DNA of 64,000 nucleotides from a virus. Both the position numbers and the translations under genes were made by a program. The notes under the pieces were generated by a model. It worked only from the letters and a program-made list of their open reading frames with translations, made no database searches and was not told where the DNA came from. Numbering within the stretch: the stretch's first letter is position 1; every line of letters begins with the position of its first letter. The DNA lies in the IMG/VR virus record IMGVR_UViG_3300050821_017219, positions 14,383-78,382 of that record; one strand, given 5' to 3'. Positions 1 to 10,573 of the stretch are shown here, in pieces.

Positions 1-99
1 AGCGCGGCAGTAAAAGCCGCCGACGTGGAGATGCGCTGGAAGATAGCGCGACTCGCCGCACTAGAGGCTATCGCCAAAGACGCCGAGATAGAGGTTTGA

Positions 100-2739
100 T
101 TGAGTGCCAACGGCCCCCCCGGTAATCCCCAGCTCGATGTGCTCCGTGCTCGCGTAGCCATCGGCGGCATCGGCGGGGGTGCGTCCGGCCCTACCGGTGC
201 GACGGGTCCGGCCGGTTCACCAGGGGGAGCGACGGGCGCAACTGGTGCCCCCGGAGCAACAGGCGCAGGCGCAACCGGAGCAGTCGGGGCTACAGGTGCG
301 ATCGGCGCTACTGGCGCAGTCGGGGCAACTGGCGCTACCGGCTCTGGCGCTACCGGGGCAACCGGAGCAACAGGTTCCGCCCCTCTCTTTTCGATCACAA
401 ATCCAGCGTTTGCGGGAGGCGCCAGCGCCGCTGCCACACCGACGCAGAACGTCGCCGCTATCAATGCGACAATCGCGGCAGCAAATGCCGCGGGGGGCAC
501 GGTCTATGTCCCGAACGATCCGGCCGGGGCATACCGCATCAACGCGCCGATCTCGATCCCTCATGACACGGTGATCGTCGGGGAAGCCTCGTCGATCGGT
601 ACGCCCAAAAGCGTATTGCAAGCGGCCGTTGCTATGCCGGCCATGCTGCAAGTTGAAACGCAGCAAAATCAAACCCTGCCGACCCCTGCGCAGATCCGCG
701 CGATCACGCTCGACCAAAATCTTCTCGCGATCTGGGGCATCGATCGCCGAAGTGACCTCTCGAGCCGATATAGCAGTGTGCAGTGTCGTAACGCGCCGCT
801 CGATGGCTTCCACTCGAGCTCACATTCGGTGGCCGTCGCGATTTCGGCTATCGTTCCGGGCGGTGGCGCTGGCGCAGGACAGCTCACGCTCTCGCAACCG
901 GATGTCAGCTACGCGGGCGACATCTCAAGTTCGGGTACGCACTACGCCATCAAGTTTGTGGTCGCTGGAGGGTACGGCGTCGGGCAATTCGTACTGTCGC
1001 AAGACGGGGGCGTAACCTTCGCTACGGCGCGGCAGACAGTCCAGGCCGTCTCCAATCTCATTGTGACACAGGCTGCTCAGTATACCCACGCGATGGGGTT
1101 GCAGGCAACCTTTGCCAATATCGTATACGGTCTCAACTGGACTTATACATGGACGGCCACGGGTGGGCTTGAGCCCAACACGAGCAATACGACAATCAAC
1201 GCGCTCGTGCGCTTCGACGATTGCTCTGTCGTCAATCTCGGTGTGGCGTATTGCTCGGACGCCGGTACGCGCGCGATCTACAGCAATCTTTTGGCTCAGG
1301 CCTTCACGACTGGTGGGACCGTCACCTCGACGCCAGGCTCGCAGCTCTTGGTCGGCACCGGGACGGCGTTTCTCACAGGCTCGCAACCGAATTTGGCGCC
1401 TCGACCCGGCGATACTATCTGGCTGAATAACAGCCCGGCGGACCCTCGGATCGCCAACTTTCAGATCCTCGCCGTCATGGACGACTTCACGGTGGTCGTA
1501 TCCGTGGGCGATGCCCCCAACTTGCCCGCCCTCGCGGGTGTGCACTTCGCGCTCGTCGTCGGAGCCGGCTGCTACGTCACCGATGGCGGCGACAACATCG
1601 GAGAGGCTTGGCACGACGGCTACATGGAGACGGTCGCCAATGGTTGGCGGCTAAGCGGCGTCTCGCCCATGAGCCTCTATAGCCCATTTCTCGAAGCCGA
1701 CTCCGCCGGTATTGGCGTGGGGATTGGCGGCCAGATGAGCGCGGGTGCTCAAACTATCGTACAAGCGCCCTACATCAAACTATCAACGCAAGGCCGCCAG
1801 TATTACGTCCAGCAGGCTTCCCTCTGCGAAATCATCGACCCCGAGGGGCCGTTCGGGCCCGATGGGCTAGGGGGCTCGGGCTTCGCGCGCGTCACGTTCA
1901 ACGGCCAGCCGTACGCCTATAACTTCGTCCAGAATGACTTTCAACCCAAAGCCAATTTGGTTTTGCAGGCAAGCGTCGTCTCGGTCACTGTGCCCAATCA
2001 AGTCCTCGTCGGCCCTCCCCTCGATGTGTTCCAGGGGGGCGCCACGGCGTACACGGTGCTTGTCCCGAATGCGGATTACATCGGGACGGCCAACACGCCG
2101 CTTTTGCCCGCGCCGAGCGTGCCCGGACAGCTTTGGCTCATCGAAAATCAGTTGAACAGCGCTCACGTCTTCGAGTTCTTCGATAACGGGACATTCGGGG
2201 CATCTCACCTGAACCTGGCGTGTCAGTCGCTTTTTATGTTTCCGGGCGAGCGGATGCTACTCGTCGCCTCGGAGGTCGCCGGCTCTGTTGCCTCGTGGCA
2301 GATCATGGGGGACGTCCAGCGGAGCTACCGCGGCCAGAGCGGCGAGGGAAGCAAGTGCGGGCCGGGCTCGGGCGTGGCGATCGGCGTCGGAACGATCAAC
2401 GTGCAGCTCTGGGACGTCGTGTTTGTTCCAACGAGAGGTTTTGCCGCAAAGCTCAACGTCAGCGTCAAGGACGCGGCATCGGCCTCGTTTGCGTGTTGGC
2501 TCGGCTGCACGGTGGGCGTCGACGGCACGGGGGCCATCATCGGGCAATTCGTACCGACGACGCAGGCGCAAGGCGCCTTCGGCAGCAACGCGGGGCTGCC
2601 CCCCGTCGGTTGGGCAATGCAATTCGCTATCGTAGTAATCGGGGGCAGTAACCAAGTGGCTGCGCAGGTGACAACGACAGGCGGCATCACGGCAAAAGCG
2701 CTTTCCCAGAGCGAGCAGATCGCTGCATACCCAATTTAG
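100..2739 (+). CDS. Collagen-like fibre/spike protein with pectate-lyase-like beta-helix domain
   Basis: GAT/GxT triplets near N-terminus, then NVAAINATIAAANAAGGTVYVP...YRINAPISIP...VIVGE, typical of pectate_lyase_3/tailspike entry motifs; TTG start. Confidence 0.7.
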   Translation: MSANGPPGNPQLDVLRARVAIGGIGGGASGPTGATGPAGSPGGATGATGAPGATGAGATGAVGATGAIGATGAVGATGATGSGATGATGATGSAPLFSITNPAFAGGASAAATPTQNVAAINATIAAANAAGGTVYVPNDPAGAYRINAPISIPHDTVIVGEASSIGTPKSVLQAAVAMPAMLQVETQQNQTLPTPAQIRAITLDQNLLAIWGIDRRSDLSSRYSSVQCRNAPLDGFHSSSHSVAVAISAIVPGGGAGAGQLTLSQPDVSYAGDISSSGTHYAIKFVVAGGYGVGQFVLSQDGGVTFATARQTVQAVSNLIVTQAAQYTHAMGLQATFANIVYGLNWTYTWTATGGLEPNTSNTTINALVRFDDCSVVNLGVAYCSDAGTRAIYSNLLAQAFTTGGTVTSTPGSQLLVGTGTAFLTGSQPNLAPRPGDTIWLNNSPADPRIANFQILAVMDDFTVVVSVGDAPNLPALAGVHFALVVGAGCYVTDGGDNIGEAWHDGYMETVANGWRLSGVSPMSLYSPFLEADSAGIGVGIGGQMSAGAQTIVQAPYIKLSTQGRQYYVQQASLCEIIDPEGPFGPDGLGGSGFARVTFNGQPYAYNFVQNDFQPKANLVLQASVVSVTVPNQVLVGPPLDVFQGGATAYTVLVPNADYIGTANTPLLPAPSVPGQLWLIENQLNSAHVFEFFDNGTFGASHLNLACQSLFMFPGERMLLVASEVAGSVASWQIMGDVQRSYRGQSGEGSKCGPGSGVAIGVGTINVQLWDVVFVPTRGFAAKLNVSVKDAASASFACWLGCTVGVDGTGAIIGQFVPTTQAQGAFGSNAGLPPVGWAMQFAIVVIGGSNQVAAQVTTTGGITAKALSQSEQIAAYPI

Positions 2740-2766
2740 CGTCTGAATTCCGAAAGCAAAATTCCA

Positions 2767-3660
2767 ATGGCAGTCGACCATCCCTTCGTTCGTCGTTCCC
2801 GCGTCGCCAACGTCGCTCTCACCGGCGGAAGTGGCGGCGGTGCCACCGGCGCTTCAGGTAGCAATGGAGCGACTGGCGCTACCGGCTCAAACGGAGCGAC
2901 AGGTGCGACCGGCGCGGGGGTAACCGGCGCGACGGGCAGTGCTGGCGCTACAGGATCTCTCGGCGCAACCGGCGCGACCGGAAGTGGAGCAACAGGCGCT
3001 ACCGGAAGCCAAGGCGCGACGGGACCTGGCGCAGGGGCGACCGGGGCTACGGGAGCGACCGGACCGGCCGGCGTTGGCGCTACAGGTGCGACTGGAGCGG
3101 GCGTTACGGGAGCCACCGGAGCCGTAGGCGCAACTGGGTCGGCGGGGGTCGGAGCAACCGGTGCAACTGGCGCAGGAACGGTCGGTGCGACTGGCGCAAC
3201 GGGCGCGGGCGGCGCAACAGGCGCTGCTGGTGCAACGGGGGCGGGCGGGGCCACCGGAGCTACGGGGGCGACACCCGCCGCGACGCTCGTTCAGACCACA
3301 AGTGTTTCTAGTGGAAATACGGGGCTAACAACGACCGGCCAAACTCTCACTTCTGTAGGGATTACAATAGCGACTGGGCAGCGCGTCTTTATTTGGGCCT
3401 CTTGCTCATCGCAAATCACTGCGGGCGTCACATCGACGGCTACCTACAAAATCACGCGAAATGGAACTCAACTTCAGGCGGCGGTGTTCCATAACCAGAC
3501 CAATGCGGCTACGAGCAGCACTCCGGTATGTATGTTCGCTTTTGATACTGCGGGCGTAGCCGGTGTGCAGACCTACGCCTTTGTCGGAACGACGAGCGGT
3601 GTCAACGGTGACATCACCGCGATCGCACCGGAGATGATATTCTTCATCACTACTGTCTAA
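2767..3660 (+). CDS. Collagen-like fibre protein with C-terminal beta-sandwich (BclA/C1q-like) head
   Basis: About 145 aa of GAT-type repeats followed by a ~125 aa beta-rich domain. Confidence 0.72.
   Translation: MAVDHPFVRRSRVANVALTGGSGGGATGASGSNGATGATGSNGATGATGAGVTGATGSAGATGSLGATGATGSGATGATGSQGATGPGAGATGATGATGPAGVGATGATGAGVTGATGAVGATGSAGVGATGATGAGTVGATGATGAGGATGAAGATGAGGATGATGATPAATLVQTTSVSSGNTGLTTTGQTLTSVGITIATGQRVFIWASCSSQITAGVTSTATYKITRNGTQLQAAVFHNQTNAATSSTPVCMFAFDTAGVAGVQTYAFVGTTSGVNGDITAIAPEMIFFITTV
2830..3275 (+). repeat. Collagen-coding 9-bp-period repeat (GGN GCN ACN)n; similar tracts at about 185-375, 3770-4125 and 11990-12115
   Basis: Directly visible ggcgcgacc/ggagcaacc/ggcgctacc iterations. 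Confidence 0.9.
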
Positions 3661-3695
3661 TCGGCTCTAGAAGGTTTCAAGAAAGCAAATACAAA

Positions 3696-5438
3696 ATGGG
3701 TCGTTCAACGCTACTTGTCCGTCGATCTCGCATCAGCGTCGATCCCTCGCCGTCGGGTGGAGGCGGAGGGACGGGGGCCACCGGATCTCCCGGCGCGACC
3801 GGGGCCAACGGCGCTACGGGTGCGACCGGCGCCGGTGTCACGGGAGCGACGGGCAGCGCGGGGGCGACCGGTTCTGCGGGAGCCACGGGGGCTACGGGAG
3901 CCGGAGTGACCGGTGCAACCGGCTCGCAAGGTGCGACCGGACCGGGCGGTGGTGCGACCGGCGCTACAGGCGCGACCGGAAGTAATGGTGCGACGGGCGC
4001 TACCGGAGCCGGTGTTACTGGCGCTACCGGCGCCGCTGGAGCTACTGGCGCGGCGGGCGCTGGAGCAACCGGAGCGACGGGGGCAGGTACAGCGGGAGCT
4101 ACGGGAGCAACTGGGGCAGGCGGGGGCGGTGCCCTCACGGCGTTCGGAGCGGACCTCGTTGGGTCGGCTGCGACAACGCAGTGGATCGCATCGATCAGCG
4201 GGCAAGGTGGTACTGGCGGGACCGTTCCCATCGGAGGGTCCGCCAATACGGTGATGCAGTTCCGGGCCGGCGCCGTTCAATCTTCGGCGGGGCTTTCGCA
4301 GGCACAGCAGACGAGTGACATCCCGACGGTCGACCTCGTCTTCGGGTCGCAGCGAGGATTCGCGACTGCAACAGGAACCAACCGCACCGCGGGCAGCATC
4401 GTCGCTGCGATTCCAGCGGTCACCAACGCTGGTACGGCTGCAGGGGCCTTCCGTGTGACGGAATCAGGCGCTGGAGTCATCGCCATCGCGCCTGGAGGCT
4501 TCGGGCAAGCGCCAACGTCTGGCGCTGCTGCTGCCGCAATTTGGTTGAACCTCACTCGCGGTACAGAGTCCGGTACGAACTACTCCATCGCAGCAAACTC
4601 TATCAATACGACCGTAAATGGAGTCTCTACCGTTCGTCTCGACGTCGCTGGTTTCGATCAGCTTTCCATGACGTCGGTTGGTGCGCAGTTCTTCCGCACC
4701 AACGGAACGGTCGCATTCGGCGGTGGGACCGGCGGAATTATCTCGATCGACAGCTCAGCGATCGTCCCACCGACGGCACTTCCGACGACTGCGGTGCTGG
4801 TTTACGCCAATACCGGCTCCCCAGGCAGCCTAGGGCTGATGGCGACGGGGATCCAGTTCAACAAGACGCTCGGGACGGTTACCGCAACGATCGGATCGGA
4901 CGGACCCACGACGGATGTCATACCAAACGGCATCCTAGTGCAAGCGGCATCGGCCTTTGCTGCTGCAGTCACCAACACCACTGGTGGGTCGGTGATTATC
5001 GCTGCTGGGGCCGCCTCTGCGCTCTCCAACGGAACGCAGATCTCACTGTCCGGCGGGGTCACCGGTGGTGGTGTACCCACCAATCTCGGGACGGTTCAGT
5101 TCCGAACGTCGGGCGTCGGCGGCAACTTGTCGGACCCATCGACGCTGTCGGTACCGTTCGCGTGGATCACGGCGCCGTCGTTCTCCATCGCGTCGGGTGG
5201 AACGATTACCCTCTCGGGCGCGCAGGCGGCATCGCCGGTGCTGACGATGACTGGGACGACGGCCGGAACGACGATCGCGTTTCCGAACGTTCCTGGCTTC
5301 TGGCTAGTCGACTTCAGCACCGTAACAGGTCCGCTCACCTTCACGAGCGGATCTGGAACGACGGCCGCGTTGACGGCAGTGGCGGGAGCCATCGTGACCG
5401 TCGTCACCATGGGTGGAAACAGAATCCGCATCAAGTAA
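3696..5438 (+). CDS. Collagen-like fibre protein with long Gly/Thr/Ala-rich beta-repeat C-terminus
   Basis: GAT-type repeats at about aa 25-145; A-rich leader before ATG. Confidence 0.72.
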   Translation: MGRSTLLVRRSRISVDPSPSGGGGGTGATGSPGATGANGATGATGAGVTGATGSAGATGSAGATGATGAGVTGATGSQGATGPGGGATGATGATGSNGATGATGAGVTGATGAAGATGAAGAGATGATGAGTAGATGATGAGGGGALTAFGADLVGSAATTQWIASISGQGGTGGTVPIGGSANTVMQFRAGAVQSSAGLSQAQQTSDIPTVDLVFGSQRGFATATGTNRTAGSIVAAIPAVTNAGTAAGAFRVTESGAGVIAIAPGGFGQAPTSGAAAAAIWLNLTRGTESGTNYSIAANSINTTVNGVSTVRLDVAGFDQLSMTSVGAQFFRTNGTVAFGGGTGGIISIDSSAIVPPTALPTTAVLVYANTGSPGSLGLMATGIQFNKTLGTVTATIGSDGPTTDVIPNGILVQAASAFAAAVTNTTGGSVIIAAGAASALSNGTQISLSGGVTGGGVPTNLGTVQFRTSGVGGNLSDPSTLSVPFAWITAPSFSIASGGTITLSGAQAASPVLTMTGTTAGTTIAFPNVPGFWLVDFSTVTGPLTFTSGSGTTAALTAVAGAIVTVVTMGGNRIRIK

Positions 5439-5459
5439 GACGTTTGCAATCGACGACGT

Positions 5460-5837
5460 CTATGGCGACGCCGTCTTCGACGAGGCCGCATTCGACGGCT
5501 TCGTCTCCGGCGCATCCAAGACGGCCTGGGTGAACGGGAGCAGCCGTACGGCGATGGTGGGGGGGAAGAACGCCTTCGGCTGCTCCGCGATGCTCCGAAG
5601 CGTCGCGTAGTCTTCGTCTTCCAACGCCAACACGTCGCCGGCTTTGACGGCATCGAAGGCATCGATGACATGGCTCCACCGTACGAGCCTCGTGAAGGCA
5701 CCTTGCGTCGCGCGCTCGTCGTTCAGCCAGATGTTGAGCGCGTACTTCTTGAACGAGACCGCCTCGGGTCGCGCGTCGGGCGCGATCTCGCGGTGGGGGG
5801 TGACGATGATGTCGGCGGGGATGGTGATGTAACGCAT
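5460..5837 (-). CDS. Hypothetical protein
   Basis: Globular-looking 125 aa ORF, converges on the fibre gene. Confidence 0.6.
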   Translation of the reverse strand: MRYITIPADIIVTPHREIAPDARPEAVSFKKYALNIWLNDERATQGAFTRLVRWSHVIDAFDAVKAGDVLALEDEDYATLRSIAEQPKAFFPPTIAVRLLPFTQAVLDAPETKPSNAASSKTASP

Positions 5838-5882
5838 TAGTTTCGCCTTTCGATTGTTGAAATCGTTTTGAATTTACAAAAT

Positions 5883-6449
5883 TTATAGAATCCACGCGCG
5901 GCCAAAACATTCAGACTCGCCGCGTAGTGTGACGACTCTGCCTTGTTGGTTTGTCCAACTGTTCAACGCAGCTTCGGTCAAAGTTTGCGGATGGCCTTCG
6001 TGTGGCGGCGTGTCTATCCACTCGAAGATCTTCAGCTGCTTCGCGCAGGCCTTCGCGTTGGCGATGATCTTCGCTGGGTCGTCGGTATGTTGGAGGCAAT
6101 TGTAGATGAGCGCAACGTCGAAAACAGACGCCTGGACGATGTCTTCGCCGCGAGCTTGCAGGGAGACGATATTGGCCGAACGATATCTGTCGTAAACCCA
6201 TTGTGGGTAGACGCCAGGATCGACAACGAGGCAATGCCTCACATTCTCGAATTTCAATAAGACACTGCAAGGACCACCGCCGATGTCGATGAAGGATTGA
6301 TTGTTGCCGTTGAAACTCCAGGCCGTTCGCCAAGTGGGGTAGGATAGAAATCCCATCTCTCGAAGGTAGAGAAGCTGCTTCGTCTCTTCGTTGTAGCTGT
6401 TACAGCAGTTACCCCAGAAGCGAGATTCGAGATCATCATGCGAATCCAT
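5883..6449 (-). CDS. Class I SAM-dependent methyltransferase
   Basis: Motif I FIDIGGGPCS, FDVALIYNCLQHTDDP; likely start MDSHDD at 6449, just after the upstream stop. Confidence 0.8.
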   Translation of the reverse strand: MDSHDDLESRFWGNCCNSYNEETKQLLYLREMGFLSYPTWRTAWSFNGNNQSFIDIGGGPCSVLLKFENVRHCLVVDPGVYPQWVYDRYRSANIVSLQARGEDIVQASVFDVALIYNCLQHTDDPAKIIANAKACAKQLKIFEWIDTPPHEGHPQTLTEAALNSWTNQQGRVVTLRGESECFGRAWIL

Positions 6450-6451
6450 GT

Positions 6452-7336
6452 TTAGCCTCGTTTGAAGATTAGACCGTTTTGGGTCAACCAACCGAGATGG
6501 TAGCCACCGCGCATCCAATCGAGCCATTCGTCGGTAGCGTCAGGGTCTAGCCAATAGCTAGCGTGGTGTAGCTTCTCCACCCAGTAGGCTTTCGGTTGGC
6601 AGTTGATATGGCCTTCGCCGCCTTGACCGGGGCGAGCCGCGCTGAAGTAGACCGTCGACGGATTGTTTGCAGCGATAAATTCGACGTAGGCGTCGGCTTT
6701 TTCTGCGGGTATATGCTCGCCGACTTCGAGACTCAGTACGACGCCTGGTTGCGGACACCAACTGCAAAAGCCCGGCTTGTCATCAGCGATGATATCGACT
6801 CGTTTGAGATGATCGCCTTCGACCAATCGCGAGTCGTTGTCTACGCCAAATGCGATCAAGCCGGCGTCGCGCATCGCTTTGACGTAGATGCCTGGGCCGC
6901 ATCCGACGTCTAAGATTGTTGCGTCTTTACGATGAAGACGAAACCAGTCGGCGATGCGTATTGCCTGCGGCGTCTCTTCGCGCGTAATTCTATCGAAGTC
7001 ACATTTTTCGACTTGATTCATCTGTCTTTTCTTTCGCTGAGACTTTCGTGTCAATTCGGCCGATTTTTGGCGATGCTCGACGCAGTAGTAGAAGCCTTCC
7101 GACGAATTATTGCAGCGACTCCAACCGCAGATTTTAGTTTCGTCGTCTGTTAGCGGCGTCGCGCAAGCGTCGATGGCTTCTTGTAGCCATCTCTGACTGG
7201 CGATGCGCGTTTCGTTTTCGACGGCGGCGATGTTGGCGTGGCTGAGCAGACCGAGGCGAACGGCGAGGCGCTGCATCGACAGATTGGCCTTGTGTCTAGC
7301 CTTTCGTAAGTCGAAGCCTGTCAACCGCGACGCCAT
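6452..7336 (-). CDS. XRE-HTH + Cys/His finger + class I SAM methyltransferase fusion
   Basis: N-terminal LRKARHKANLSMQRLAVRLG..ANIAAVEN (HTH), CGWSRC...YYCVEH, then ILDVGCGPG and LSLEVGEHIP...PGQGGEGHINCQ. Confidence 0.75.
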   Translation of the reverse strand: MASRLTGFDLRKARHKANLSMQRLAVRLGLLSHANIAAVENETRIASQRWLQEAIDACATPLTDDETKICGWSRCNNSSEGFYYCVEHRQKSAELTRKSQRKKRQMNQVEKCDFDRITREETPQAIRIADWFRLHRKDATILDVGCGPGIYVKAMRDAGLIAFGVDNDSRLVEGDHLKRVDIIADDKPGFCSWCPQPGVVLSLEVGEHIPAEKADAYVEFIAANNPSTVYFSAARPGQGGEGHINCQPKAYWVEKLHHASYWLDPDATDEWLDWMRGGYHLGWLTQNGLIFKRG

Positions 7337-7338
7337 CG

Positions 7339-8514
7339 CTACGGTAACGTCAGTGTTTCCAGATTGCGCATCTCGTAGTAACCTTCAAACCATCTCGCGT
7401 AGAGACGATCAAAATAACGCTCGTATTTCACCGCGATTGCATCGAGCGAATACAACGACGACGCCTTCAGTTTGATGTTGGCGCGATCAGCTGACGTCAA
7501 CTTCTGCGCGCGCAACGCTGCTTCGACAAATTCTCGGTGACTCGCACATCTCCAGCCTTCTTCAACTGTCTGCGTAAAGGCGCCATGGTCTGTCGTGATC
7601 GCTGGTGATCCGGCGAGTTGCGCTTCGACGGCCGTTCCGCCGAAGGGCTCACGAAAGTCGGTGGGGCAGAAGCAAGCGATGGCCCCGCTCATCAACCGCG
7701 CGCGCTCGGCGGTATCGGCGCGGCCGAAGAAGAAGACGTGGTCGTTACGCGAATCGTCGAGAAACTCTTGCCCGACGCCGCCTTGACCGGCGATGATGAG
7801 TTTTGCGCCGATGTCGCGGCAGACGTCGACGGCTACGTTCCATCCTTTGTCAACGATGATACGACCTAAAAAAAGATAATAGTCGCTACCGACGCCTTCG
7901 ATGAATTCGTTCGCGTCGTCTGAGATTGGTTTGACGACAAAGTCTTCTAAATCCCAGTAATTCTCACAGACGATCGTGTCGTTATCTGATACCTTGTGAC
8001 CGGCGGCGCCCATCATCCATTCGCGATGCGCATGCGACTCAAAGACACGGTAACGACTGAAGGTACCGTAATACCCTACCCCCGCCTCAACGAAGAAAGG
8101 CCCCGTTGCGATGCCAGTGTGACTGCCAGGGAAAGCCATTGCGATTGGCGCTTGGCAGTTGCCGGACCATGAGCAGATGAAGTCACCCTTGGCGACGCGT
8201 AGCTTCAACGCTTCGATGCAGCGATCGTTGAAGAGCCGCCAGTAAGGCTCATTGGCGTCCCAGCGGAGATCATACAATTTCTGCGGATCGTGTTTACCAA
8301 ACCAACTTGCGCGTTCAGCTTCGGAAAGAATATCAACGCATTCGATATCGACGCCGACGTCGGCGCCTTCGTTGGAGTAGAGGATTACTTCATGGCCGCG
8401 CGGCGCAAGCATCCCAGCGAGCTTTAGGATCTTCTGGCTGTAGGCGCAACAATTGAACTCTTTCGTGATTGTCGTATGCGGTAGGCCAAGCAAATGTAGA
8501 CAGTGCGTTTTCAT
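7339..8514 (-). CDS. Glycosyltransferase family 4 (GT-B)
   Basis: YYLFLGRIIVDKG and PTDFREPFGGTAVEAQLAGSPAITTDHGAF; start MKTHCLHLLGLPHT. Confidence 0.88.
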   Translation of the reverse strand: MKTHCLHLLGLPHTTITKEFNCCAYSQKILKLAGMLAPRGHEVILYSNEGADVGVDIECVDILSEAERASWFGKHDPQKLYDLRWDANEPYWRLFNDRCIEALKLRVAKGDFICSWSGNCQAPIAMAFPGSHTGIATGPFFVEAGVGYYGTFSRYRVFESHAHREWMMGAAGHKVSDNDTIVCENYWDLEDFVVKPISDDANEFIEGVGSDYYLFLGRIIVDKGWNVAVDVCRDIGAKLIIAGQGGVGQEFLDDSRNDHVFFFGRADTAERARLMSGAIACFCPTDFREPFGGTAVEAQLAGSPAITTDHGAFTQTVEEGWRCASHREFVEAALRAQKLTSADRANIKLKASSLYSLDAIAVKYERYFDRLYARWFEGYYEMRNLETLTLP

Positions 8515-8567
8515 TGACGACAAGCCTACCGCCGCGTCTGCTTCTCCGCAAGCCGAAAGCGGACGCG

Positions 8568-8984
8568 TCAGTGCAGCAGCTTCAGCAGCGCGTGGATCAA
8601 AACGGTTGCAAGCGCAACCAAGATGATCGTCGCTGGCTTCTCCGTCACCCGCGCGAGCCACGGCGGCGTCGACGGCCGTTTGGACCGCAGCGGCGTGACG
8701 ATCGGCAGGGCAACCGGGGGGATGTTGAACCTTCCGGTCGCCTCCCCTTGCGCTCGCGAGATGGCTTGCTCAAGTTCACGGATGCGTTCGTCGATGGCGT
8801 CGTGACGCCTCTCGTCAGCACTGAGATGCTCGTTGTGACGTTTCTCGGCGAAAGCGCCGTGCTCGGACAGCTGACGGTTGAGCGCACGAAGGTTGATGCC
8901 GTCGAAGGTGTCGCGGCGGCGCTCTTCGAGTAGCTCTCGGATCTGCTCCAAGACCAGGTCGTTGCTGCTCGATCGGTCAGGCAT
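8568..8984 (-). CDS. Coiled-coil protein with C-terminal TM helix (holin-like candidate)
   Basis: Heptad-like region HDAIDERIRELEQAIS; C-terminal hydrophobic IILVALATVLIHALL; near the lysin. Confidence 0.5.
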   Translation of the reverse strand: MPDRSSSNDLVLEQIRELLEERRRDTFDGINLRALNRQLSEHGAFAEKRHNEHLSADERRHDAIDERIRELEQAISRAQGEATGRFNIPPVALPIVTPLRSKRPSTPPWLARVTEKPATIILVALATVLIHALLKLLH

Positions 8985-9056
8985 CGAGATGAAATTGTAG
9001 CATAATCGGCTACGGATGCTTAGATTCATCCGCAACCGTGACGTTGCAGTTGGTCG

Positions 9057-9254
9057 ATGCCTCCGAAGTTTCCGTCTGAACCCCCGACGAACCCCGACCT
9101 CCGCCGCTTCGCCTGCCCGGAATGCGCCGGTGTCGGCAGCATTGCATCCGTTGACGAACGCGGCGCCGCTTGCCGACGTGGCTGCGACGCTTGCTTCGGC
9201 AAGAAGTGGCTCGACCGGCAGGGGTACGATCGATGGAGGAAAAACCGTGGATAG
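9057..9254 (+). CDS. Small DnaJ-type zinc-finger protein
   Basis: CPECAGVG...CDACFGK (CxxCxGxG-like pair). Confidence 0.6.
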   Translation: MPPKFPSEPPTNPDLRRFACPECAGVGSIASVDERGAACRRGCDACFGKKWLDRQGYDRWRKNRG

Positions 9255-9470
9255 TTACAGTTTCTTCTTTCGTCGCTGCGTTATCGACTCAGCCTCAAAC
9301 GTCGGTGGTGGATCAGTATCTATCTTCGTCAGAATCCACTGGTAGCGCGTGGTCGCCGCCAACAACGCGAGAGACGCTGCATCTTTCGGCGTAGCACTTC
9401 GCGTGTTTGCCCATTCGACGCAGAGCTTCAACACCAACGCTTCGGCTTCAAGCAACTGGCGTCTACGCAT
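9255..9470 (-). CDS. Hypothetical protein
   Basis: Overlaps the lysin stop; same operon. Confidence 0.45.
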   Translation of the reverse strand: MRRRQLLEAEALVLKLCVEWANTRSATPKDAASLALLAATTRYQWILTKIDTDPPPTFEAESITQRRKKKL

Positions 9471-10110
9471 TCACAATAATAGCAGATTTGATCGACCATG
9501 TCGGCAGATCGCCAAAGTTGTCCGGCTGGATGAAGTCGTGGTCGACCTGAACACCGTCGAGCCAAACATCGAGGGGGTAGCCTTGGACGTTGCAGAAGCC
9601 TCGCTGCTCCGGCGTAGGCACGTTCGACCCTGACTTCCAATAGCGCGTCATCTTCAGCGCGTGAAACCACTGCGCCGCCGTCAGAATCGACTGGAAGCCG
9701 ACGTAGACGCCCGGCTGAAACCCTGCGGCGGCAACGGCGTCAAACCAGGCGTTGGCGTAGACGATGACGTCGAGACTTGAGCATTCCAGCGAGACGCCTT
9801 CGATGTCACACCAGAGAGTCGTTCCAGCGGCGAAGCCGGCGCGTTGGGCGAAGTTGGCGAGGTTCATCCCGTCGAGCGCGCCCATACCGGCGTTGGGCTT
9901 CCAGGGAGGGTAGCGCACATGCCCCGCGCCCATGATCGCCAAACCGGCGTCGATAATGACGTTGAATTCGGCGGGTTGCACGTCGCGCGCGTAGCGAATG
10001 ACGAAATCGACGCCGTCTGATTTGAGTTTTTGACAAATCTCCGCCGTCAAGACGGTGTTGCAGTCGATGCCCTTCGCGCCGGGTCGGGCCAATGTTGCGA
10101 TGGCTGTCAT
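9463..10110 (-). CDS. DUF1906/GH25-like glycoside hydrolase, putative endolysin
   Basis: GIDCNT...GVDFVIRY...TLWCDIEG...GFQPGVYVG TIM-barrel pattern of Rv2525c-like peptidoglycan hydrolases. Confidence 0.78.
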   Translation of the reverse strand: MTAIATLARPGAKGIDCNTVLTAEICQKLKSDGVDFVIRYARDVQPAEFNVIIDAGLAIMGAGHVRYPPWKPNAGMGALDGMNLANFAQRAGFAAGTTLWCDIEGVSLECSSLDVIVYANAWFDAVAAAGFQPGVYVGFQSILTAAQWFHALKMTRYWKSGSNVPTPEQRGFCNVQGYPLDVWLDGVQVDHDFIQPDNFGDLPTWSIKSAIIVNA

Positions 10111-10343
10111 GACACCTTCTCGAATGACACCTTCTCGAAGAGCCCGAGCGCGATCTCAATGTCTTCGACGAGGGTCGCTGGGGTATTCGTCAAGTCAGTT
10201 TCGTCGAACCAAAACCACTGCGGGTCATCATTGACCCAAACGCAGACGCCGCACTTCTCATCCCAGAGAAACAAACCGTGGCGCCGCTCGCCAGGCGGAA
10301 ATTTGGCCGTCAGAAGACGAAGAAACTCGTAGGCGTTTGTCAT
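10107..10343 (-). CDS. Hypothetical protein
   Basis: ATGA-coupled on both sides; start MTNAYEF. Confidence 0.55.
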   Translation of the reverse strand: MTNAYEFLRLLTAKFPPGERRHGLFLWDEKCGVCVWVNDDPQWFWFDETDLTNTPATLVEDIEIALGLFEKVSFEKVS

Positions 10344-10573
10344 TTCCCCAACCAATGGCTGATCCAGCCAGCCGCAATGAGAACTCCACCCGTCACCTCG
10401 ACGGTCTTCGCGAGGCGCGCCGCCTTCTCGTCGGCGACGCATTGAATTTTGTCAGCATCTGTCACTTGCGGATTGTTGAGGCAGGGCAAGAACGCACCCT
10501 TGCGCAGCGTCAGAAGCAGACCGGTTCCACCAACAACGGCGCCACCGATGAGCAGAGCCGTCGACACGCGCAT
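10340..10573 (-). CDS. Small membrane protein (2 hydrophobic segments)
   Basis: LLIGGAVVGGTGLLL and GGVLIAAGW. Confidence 0.6.
   Translation of the reverse strand: MRVSTALLIGGAVVGGTGLLLTLRKGAFLPCLNNPQVTDADKIQCVADEKAARLAKTVEVTGGVLIAAGWISHWLGK

Noticed and set aside
180-4130. Possible CRISPR or tandem DNA array
   Set aside because: 9-bp periodicity with free third-position variation means coding collagen repeats; no repeat-spacer structure
2736-4246. Minus-strand PVAPVAP-repeat ORFs (also 11823-12269)
   Set aside because: Antisense shadows of the GAT collagen codons
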